Assembly: GCA_041562555.1 (NCBI GenBank)
Contig: JBFEXS010000024.1
Location: 1-22,976 of the forward strand
Source of the DNA: Sulfurimonadaceae bacterium
GTDB lineage: Bacteria; Campylobacterota; Campylobacteria; Campylobacterales; Sulfurimonadaceae
Length of the DNA stretch: 22,976 nt
Reading direction: 5' to 3'
Position numbers and translations under genes: made by a program. The notes beneath the pieces were generated by a model. That model was not told the DNA's origin. It ran no database searches and saw only the letters and a list, made by a program, of their open reading frames with translations. Every line of letters begins with the position of its first letter. Positions within the stretch are counted from its first letter, which is position 1. Shown here piece after piece: positions 18,544-22,976 of this stretch.

Positions 18544-19029
18544 TTATGCTTGTGCAGCCTGTTGTGCTTGTTGTTGCGCTTCTTTCATCGCTTTGATCTC
18601 AGAAAAAATCTGTGTCATACCTGTCATTGCGAGGTGATACCCGAAGGGACCAAATCCGACAACTGATGAAGCACATACCGGTGCGATCATATTCGTTTTA
18701 CGGAACTCTTCACGACGATGGATATTGGAGATATGTACCTCGATCGTCGGAAGTGACACTGCCGAGATAGCATCGCGGATCGCGATAGATGTATGCGTGT
18801 ATGCTGCAGGATTGATAATAATACCGTCTGCATCCCCCAGACATTCCTGAATACGATCAACGATCTCACCTTCTAAATTACTTTGAAAAAACTCTATCTC
18901 GATATTACTTTTGTCTGCGAAATCCTTCATCTGAGCATGTATCTGCTCTAATTTCATCCCTCCGTAAATATTTTGTTCACGTACACCAAGCATGTTTAAG
19001 TTTGGTCCCTGAATCACTACAACTTTCAT
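18544..19029 (-). CDS. aroQ: Type II 3-dehydroquinate dehydratase
   Basis: [53 protein letters not shown]. Confidence 0.96.
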   Translation of the reverse strand: MKVVVIQGPNLNMLGVREQNIYGGMKLEQIHAQMKDFADKSNIEIEFFQSNLEGEIVDRIQECLGDADGIIINPAAYTHTSIAIRDAISAVSLPTIEVHISNIHRREEFRKTNMIAPVCASSVVGFGPFGYHLAMTGMTQIFSEIKAMKEAQQQAQQAAQA

Positions 19030-19079
19030 TTATTACCTTATTGTTGGGTATTTATTTTGCCCTTTAATTTTAAGGTTAT

Positions 19080-19087
19080 ATTATATC
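19080..19087 (-). promoter_or_regulatory. Putative sigma70 -10 (GaTATAAT) for the aroQ-folK-flhF... operon
   Basis: The minus strand reads GATATAAT, matching the Campylobacterota gnTAnAAT pattern, about 50 nt upstream of the aroQ ATG in a very AT-rich divergent gap. Confidence 0.5.
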
Positions 19088-19133
19088 TTTATAAAGCATA
19101 ATTTTTTTTTAGTTCCCTAAAGGTATTTATAAT

Positions 19134-20357
19134 TTGAAAATTCTTAACGTTTCCTACCTCTTGCAAGACAATGAACTTATCAGTGGAAAGTCCCTTGCTT
19201 TCGATAAGACAATCGAAAAAATAGCCCCCCTTGATGAGCTGTTACAAATCTACCCTGAAGCAGAAGTGATCGACACTCCTCCTTACTCATTGATCATGCC
19301 CGGACTTATTAATTCCCATGTCCATTTAGAGTTTTCAGCCAATAAAACCAAACTCAAATATGGAAAGTTTATGCCTTGGCTGCATAGCGTCATTGAGAAC
19401 CGGGAGGAGCTTATCAATAATTGTGACATCTCATGCATGAAAAAAGCCACGGATGCAATGCTTCAAAGCGGCATAACAAGCTTTGGTGCCGTCTCTTCCC
19501 ATGGGATGGACTTGGAGGCTGCGCAACAGGCAAAACAAAATGTCGTATTCTTCAATGAGGTCATCGGTTCCCAGGCGAATATGGCGGATGTACTCTTCAA
19601 TGATTTTCAAGCACGGCTAAAAGCCTCGGAAGAGATTGAACGAGAGGGCTTCTATCCGGCTATTGCGATACATTCTCCTTACTCTGTACATCCTGCATTG
19701 ATCAAACGAGCAATAGAACTTGCCAAATCACACGATTACCCCCTGAGTGCTCATTATATGGAAAGCCCTGCAGAGCGTGTATGGCTTGATAGCAATGATG
19801 GGGAATTCAAACCTTTTTTCAATGACTTCCTAAAGCAACAGTATGCTGTGAACACCTCTGTGGAGTTTCTCGAACTCTTCGATGAGATACCGACACTTCT
19901 TACCCATGTCGTTCATGCCAGTAATGAGGAATATGCCCGTATCAATGCAGTGGGACATCATATCATTCACTGTCCTATATCAAACAGACTCCTTGGAAAT
20001 GGAGCGTTAAACCTGGATACTATTGAAGCTCATGATATCCAATGGCTTTGTGCAACCGATGGATTGAGCTCAAACTATGCGCTTAATCTCTTTGAAGAGA
20101 TGAAGATCGCCCTGTTTATGCATAAAGATACTGATCTTCTTGATCTGGCCAAGCGTCTTCTCTCTTCGGTAACGGTCGATGCCGCTAAAGCACTCAAACT
20201 CAACACCGGTGAGATTGCGGAAGGGAAAAATGCCGACTTACTTGTGTTGCAACTGGGTGAGGAACCTTCTGAACAGCTTCCCATCCATCTGATCTTACAC
20301 CAGTACCCGATATCCCATCGCTATATCAATGGAGAGTTCGCTCAAACAGAGCAATAA
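19134..20357 (+). CDS. Metal-dependent amidohydrolase, aminofutalosine deaminase family (MqnF-like; futalosine menaquinone pathway)
   Basis: MPGLINSHVHLEF (HxH), HSPYSV, AHYMES, HCPISN, TDGLSS; TTG start. Same position between aroQ and sppA as the Campylobacter homolog. The substrate is inferred. Confidence 0.8.
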   Translation: MKILNVSYLLQDNELISGKSLAFDKTIEKIAPLDELLQIYPEAEVIDTPPYSLIMPGLINSHVHLEFSANKTKLKYGKFMPWLHSVIENREELINNCDISCMKKATDAMLQSGITSFGAVSSHGMDLEAAQQAKQNVVFFNEVIGSQANMADVLFNDFQARLKASEEIEREGFYPAIAIHSPYSVHPALIKRAIELAKSHDYPLSAHYMESPAERVWLDSNDGEFKPFFNDFLKQQYAVNTSVEFLELFDEIPTLLTHVVHASNEEYARINAVGHHIIHCPISNRLLGNGALNLDTIEAHDIQWLCATDGLSSNYALNLFEEMKIALFMHKDTDLLDLAKRLLSSVTVDAAKALKLNTGEIAEGKNADLLVLQLGEEPSEQLPIHLILHQYPISHRYINGEFAQTEQ

Positions 20358-20383
20358 TATTTTACATTACCAAGGAGATCCTT

Positions 20384-21250
20384 ATGGACGGACTTAAACA
20401 GTTTTTTTCACCTTTTTTTACTACAATGGGATTTATTCAAAACCATTTTAAAGCCATGCTTTTTTTATTGATCCTCTTTTTACTCTTTTCCCCGGGAGAG
20501 GGAGAACTGGAGCCGGCAAACCTTGCAGAGATCAAATTACAAGGGATAATCATGGATGCCTCCGTTGTGGTAGATCAACTTGAAGAAGCAAGGGAGAACA
20601 AATCGATCAAAGGTGTTCTTTTTGTCGTGAACTCTCCGGGCGGTGCAGTCCCTCCTTCTATTGAGATCATGGAAGCGATCAAACGTCTCAAAGAGAAAAA
20701 ACCTGTTGTCGCCTATGCGGCAGGCACCATTGCCAGCGGATCTTACTATGCCAGTATCTATGCCAATAAGATCTATGCCAACCCGGGATCGATGGTCGGT
20801 TCTATCGGTGTGATCATGCAGGGCAGTAATTTCGCGGAACTGGCACAAAAAATCGGCGTTTCTGCACAGGTGGTAAAGGCCGGTAAATTCAAGGAGGTAG
20901 GCACTGCTTCGCGGGCATGGGAACCTTACGAGAAGGCAGAACTTGAAAAAGTGGTCAACAACACTTATGAGCTTTTTGTCTCAGATGTTGCCAAGGCAAG
21001 AAAACTGGATCCGGCCAAACACACTGAATTCGCTGATGCCCATATCTTTACCGCATCTCAAGCAAAAGAGGTCGGACTGATCGATAAACTGGGAGTTGCC
21101 TATGATGCCAAGAATGCCCTCGTCGAACTGAGCGGTGTCAGAAAGCCGGTGTGGCAACAAGAAGATAAGATCGATTCGTTTATGCGAAAACTCAGCGGTG
21201 AAAGTGCTTCGTTTCTGGGTGCATACTTCTCCTCATTGACACTGAAATAG
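20384..21250 (+). CDS. sppA: Signal peptide peptidase SppA (short form, S49)
   Basis: N-terminal TM segment, VNSPGG, ASGSYY, GSIGVI, KAGKFKE; AAGGAG RBS. Confidence 0.93.
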   Translation: MDGLKQFFSPFFTTMGFIQNHFKAMLFLLILFLLFSPGEGELEPANLAEIKLQGIIMDASVVVDQLEEARENKSIKGVLFVVNSPGGAVPPSIEIMEAIKRLKEKKPVVAYAAGTIASGSYYASIYANKIYANPGSMVGSIGVIMQGSNFAELAQKIGVSAQVVKAGKFKEVGTASRAWEPYEKAELEKVVNNTYELFVSDVAKARKLDPAKHTEFADAHIFTASQAKEVGLIDKLGVAYDAKNALVELSGVRKPVWQQEDKIDSFMRKLSGESASFLGAYFSSLTLK

Positions 21251-21287
21251 AATACTTTTCACATGTATCTGCAAGGTCAAGATAGAC

Positions 21288-21317
21288 GATAAACGCCAAG
21301 CAAACCTAGCGTTTATC
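21288..21317. terminator. Hairpin between convergent sppA and cytochrome genes (possible terminator or 3' stabiliser)
   Basis: Perfect 9-bp arms GATAAACGC (21288-21296) and GCGTTTATC (21309-21317). There is no clear downstream U-tract on either strand. Confidence 0.4.
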
Positions 21318-22619
21318 CCACCCTATCATGCCCCATCTCTCCAGATCTTCCTGAAGTGTACCCATTTCTCTATCTTGCTTATGACAGGCATCACACGCAT
21401 TTGTCTCATTGGGCATCTGATACTTAATCGTCTCATCAGGTGTGGTAAATCCGAACAGGTGCGTACGTACAGTCAAAGGGGATTTTCCAGTATGCCTTCC
21501 GACCTTTGGCATATGACACTCTACACAAAGGGAGCCTTTTGAGTCCGGCTTGTGATGGGTATGTTGTTCCAGGCTCTCCTGATGCGGACCGATGATCGAA
21601 CCAAAAGAGTGGCAGTTCATACACAGAGCATTCCCGCTGTTCTTTTCCGCCGTTGGCTCAAGAGTGTGAGGGTTATGACAATTGATGCAGGTAATACCGT
21701 GCTTGCCTTTCATAGAGTGGACAAATTCGTTTCCTTGGGTACGATTCTTCTTTCCCGCTCCATTGGCATAAAACTCTTTTGTCTCCTGTCCCATGATAAA
21801 GGGTGCGACAAGTTTATAATCCCTCAATGCCTTACCCGCTTCATATCCAAAGGGGTAATCCCTGGCATCTCCATATATGTCGCTTATATTGTGATCTTCA
21901 AGGCGCTTGTCACGATTACGCATATGACACTGAAGACAAACCTCATTTTGCCGTACAGGGTCATTTAAAGACGCCAAGTATACCTTGGAATCAGGATCTT
22001 TGACATGATTTGAAGCGGGACCGTGACACGACTCGCAAGCTATCCCGACATCCACCCGTTCTTCCCGTGACATAAACCCGGTAAAGTGACATCCGTCACA
22101 GGCTCTGGATGTAGGGAGTTTCTCATTGTCATGTTCATAAGCATCTTTATACCAATACTTCCACGGTTTGAACTTTTGCCATTTTTGCGTCTGTACATTC
22201 CACTGATAATTACCCAATACATAATCTTCACTTCCGTTATGATCCTTACGCATCATATACCGCTGCTTGAACTTTCCTCCGACCGTATACACCGCATCTT
22301 CAAGCTCAAAGTTGGCATCCTTGGGAAGTGTGGAAAAGTCAGCGACAACGACCTTGGGATCCTGTTTTATCGCTTGTATCATCTTGGAGTGGCGAGAGTG
22401 TGACCATTGCCCATACTTTTCTTTATGACACTCCTTACACTCAGCAGCTCCGACAAAATGGGCCTCTTTTTGGGCAACTCCCTGTAGATCTTCATGAATG
22501 CCGGCACGTGATTGCGTCAGCTGATGATAAAACGGTAGGATTTTTGACACGTTTTCATAGGCAATATATCCGCCCAGAATCAGCAGTGTAATAACACTGT
22601 ATATAACTATTTTTTTCAT
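21306..22619 (-). CDS. Exported or membrane-anchored octaheme cytochrome c, function unassigned
   Basis: Eight CxxCH motifs: CKECH, CDGCH, CESCH, CLQCH, CINCH, CMNCH, CVECH, CDACH. Start at ATG 22619 (MKKIVIYSVITLLILGGY, a hydrophobic export/anchor segment) after GAGAGGGA. Confidence 0.9.
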   Translation of the reverse strand: MKKIVIYSVITLLILGGYIAYENVSKILPFYHQLTQSRAGIHEDLQGVAQKEAHFVGAAECKECHKEKYGQWSHSRHSKMIQAIKQDPKVVVADFSTLPKDANFELEDAVYTVGGKFKQRYMMRKDHNGSEDYVLGNYQWNVQTQKWQKFKPWKYWYKDAYEHDNEKLPTSRACDGCHFTGFMSREERVDVGIACESCHGPASNHVKDPDSKVYLASLNDPVRQNEVCLQCHMRNRDKRLEDHNISDIYGDARDYPFGYEAGKALRDYKLVAPFIMGQETKEFYANGAGKKNRTQGNEFVHSMKGKHGITCINCHNPHTLEPTAEKNSGNALCMNCHSFGSIIGPHQESLEQHTHHKPDSKGSLCVECHMPKVGRHTGKSPLTVRTHLFGFTTPDETIKYQMPNETNACDACHKQDREMGTLQEDLERWGMIGWDKR

Positions 22620-22644
22620 GATTTCCCTCTCATACTGATGCCGA

Positions 22645-22650
22645 ATTATA
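22645..22650 (-). promoter_or_regulatory. Putative -10 box (TATAAT) for the cytochrome gene
   Basis: TATAAT on the minus strand 25 nt upstream of the ATG, with TTGTAT 18 nt further upstream. Confidence 0.45.
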
Positions 22651-22716
22651 GTCAAAACCGGCAAGACAATACAAATTCTTCAATCACTACATCCTTAGGC
22701 TTGAAGGTTCTTAGTA

Positions 22717-22722
22717 TATAAT
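22717..22722 (+). promoter_or_regulatory. Putative -10 box (TATAAT) directly ahead of the methyltransferase start codon
   Basis: TATAAT-TTGGT-ATG, with no Shine-Dalgarno sequence between them. Confidence 0.5.
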
Positions 22723-22727
22723 TTGGT

Positions 22728-22976
22728 ATGAACTATATACCGATACATGACCGTGAATCCACTGATCTGCATATCTATAAACAACTGCGTGACAATGCCT
22801 TCAGTCATGACAACAGTTTCATTGCCGACAGTCCGAAAGTGATCAATAAGCTACTTGAATCAGACATACAGATCAAAAGCATATTAGCGACACAAGAGTA
22901 TTATGATGCCCATACACACCTTCTCAATACTAAAGACATCCCACATTGCTATATTGCGACCAAAGAGATGATGCAA
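22728..22976 (+). CDS. Probable TrmH/SpoU-family RNA methyltransferase, N-terminal part (3'-truncated; absent from the ORF track)
   Basis: Open frame to the window end: MNYIPIHDRESTDLHIYKQLRDNAFSHDNSFIADSPKVINKLLESDIQIKSILATQEYY..., resembling the SpoU substrate-binding N-domain (FIAE/D...V..LL). The catalytic SPOUT domain is not visible. Confidence 0.6.
   Translation, partial: MNYIPIHDRESTDLHIYKQLRDNAFSHDNSFIADSPKVINKLLESDIQIKSILATQEYYDAHTHLLNTKDIPHCYIATKEMMQ

Noticed and set aside
12868..19029. Metabolic genes aroQ and folK heading a flagellar operon
   Set aside because: This is a known conserved arrangement in Campylobacter and Helicobacter, so it is not novel.
7209..21250. prlC and sppA, both linked to signal-peptide degradation, in one window
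   Set aside because: They are about 11 kb apart in separate transcription units, so the co-occurrence is probably coincidental.
22620..22664. N-terminal extension of the cytochrome from TTG 22664
   Set aside because: The RBS and the MKK-hydrophobic N-terminus support ATG 22619.
1..22976. tRNA/rRNA genes, CRISPR arrays, IS elements, and sigma54 or sigma28 promoters
   Set aside because: The window is almost fully protein-coding with gaps of about 110 bp or less, and I saw no convincing match by eye.

Overview
This window is chromosomal DNA from a Campylobacterota (Epsilonproteobacteria) bacterium; a free-living Sulfurimonas/Sulfuricurvum-like host is my inference from gene content and protein style. 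The left part holds a left-truncated giant cytoplasmic sensor (AAA_16-type ATPase, helical region, GAF, two PAS, His kinase), overlapping a REC-PAS-GGDEF-EAL c-di-GMP enzyme. It is followed by oligopeptidase A (prlC), an exported EEP-family nuclease/phosphatase and a MipA/OmpV outer-membrane protein. The centre is the conserved Campylobacterota block, on the minus strand aroQ-folK-flhF-flhG-flgV-fliA-fliM-fliY then LOG-family gene and mnmA, with divergent aminofutalosine-deaminase-family (mqnF-like) and sppA genes. The right end has a stand-alone octaheme cytochrome c and the start of a probably leaderless TrmH/SpoU-like RNA methyltransferase. I found no RNA genes, CRISPR arrays or mobile elements. 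The most notable items are the chimeric ATPase-kinase/c-di-GMP module, a sharp low-GC3 patch in its HATPase domain, and the unassigned octaheme cytochrome.
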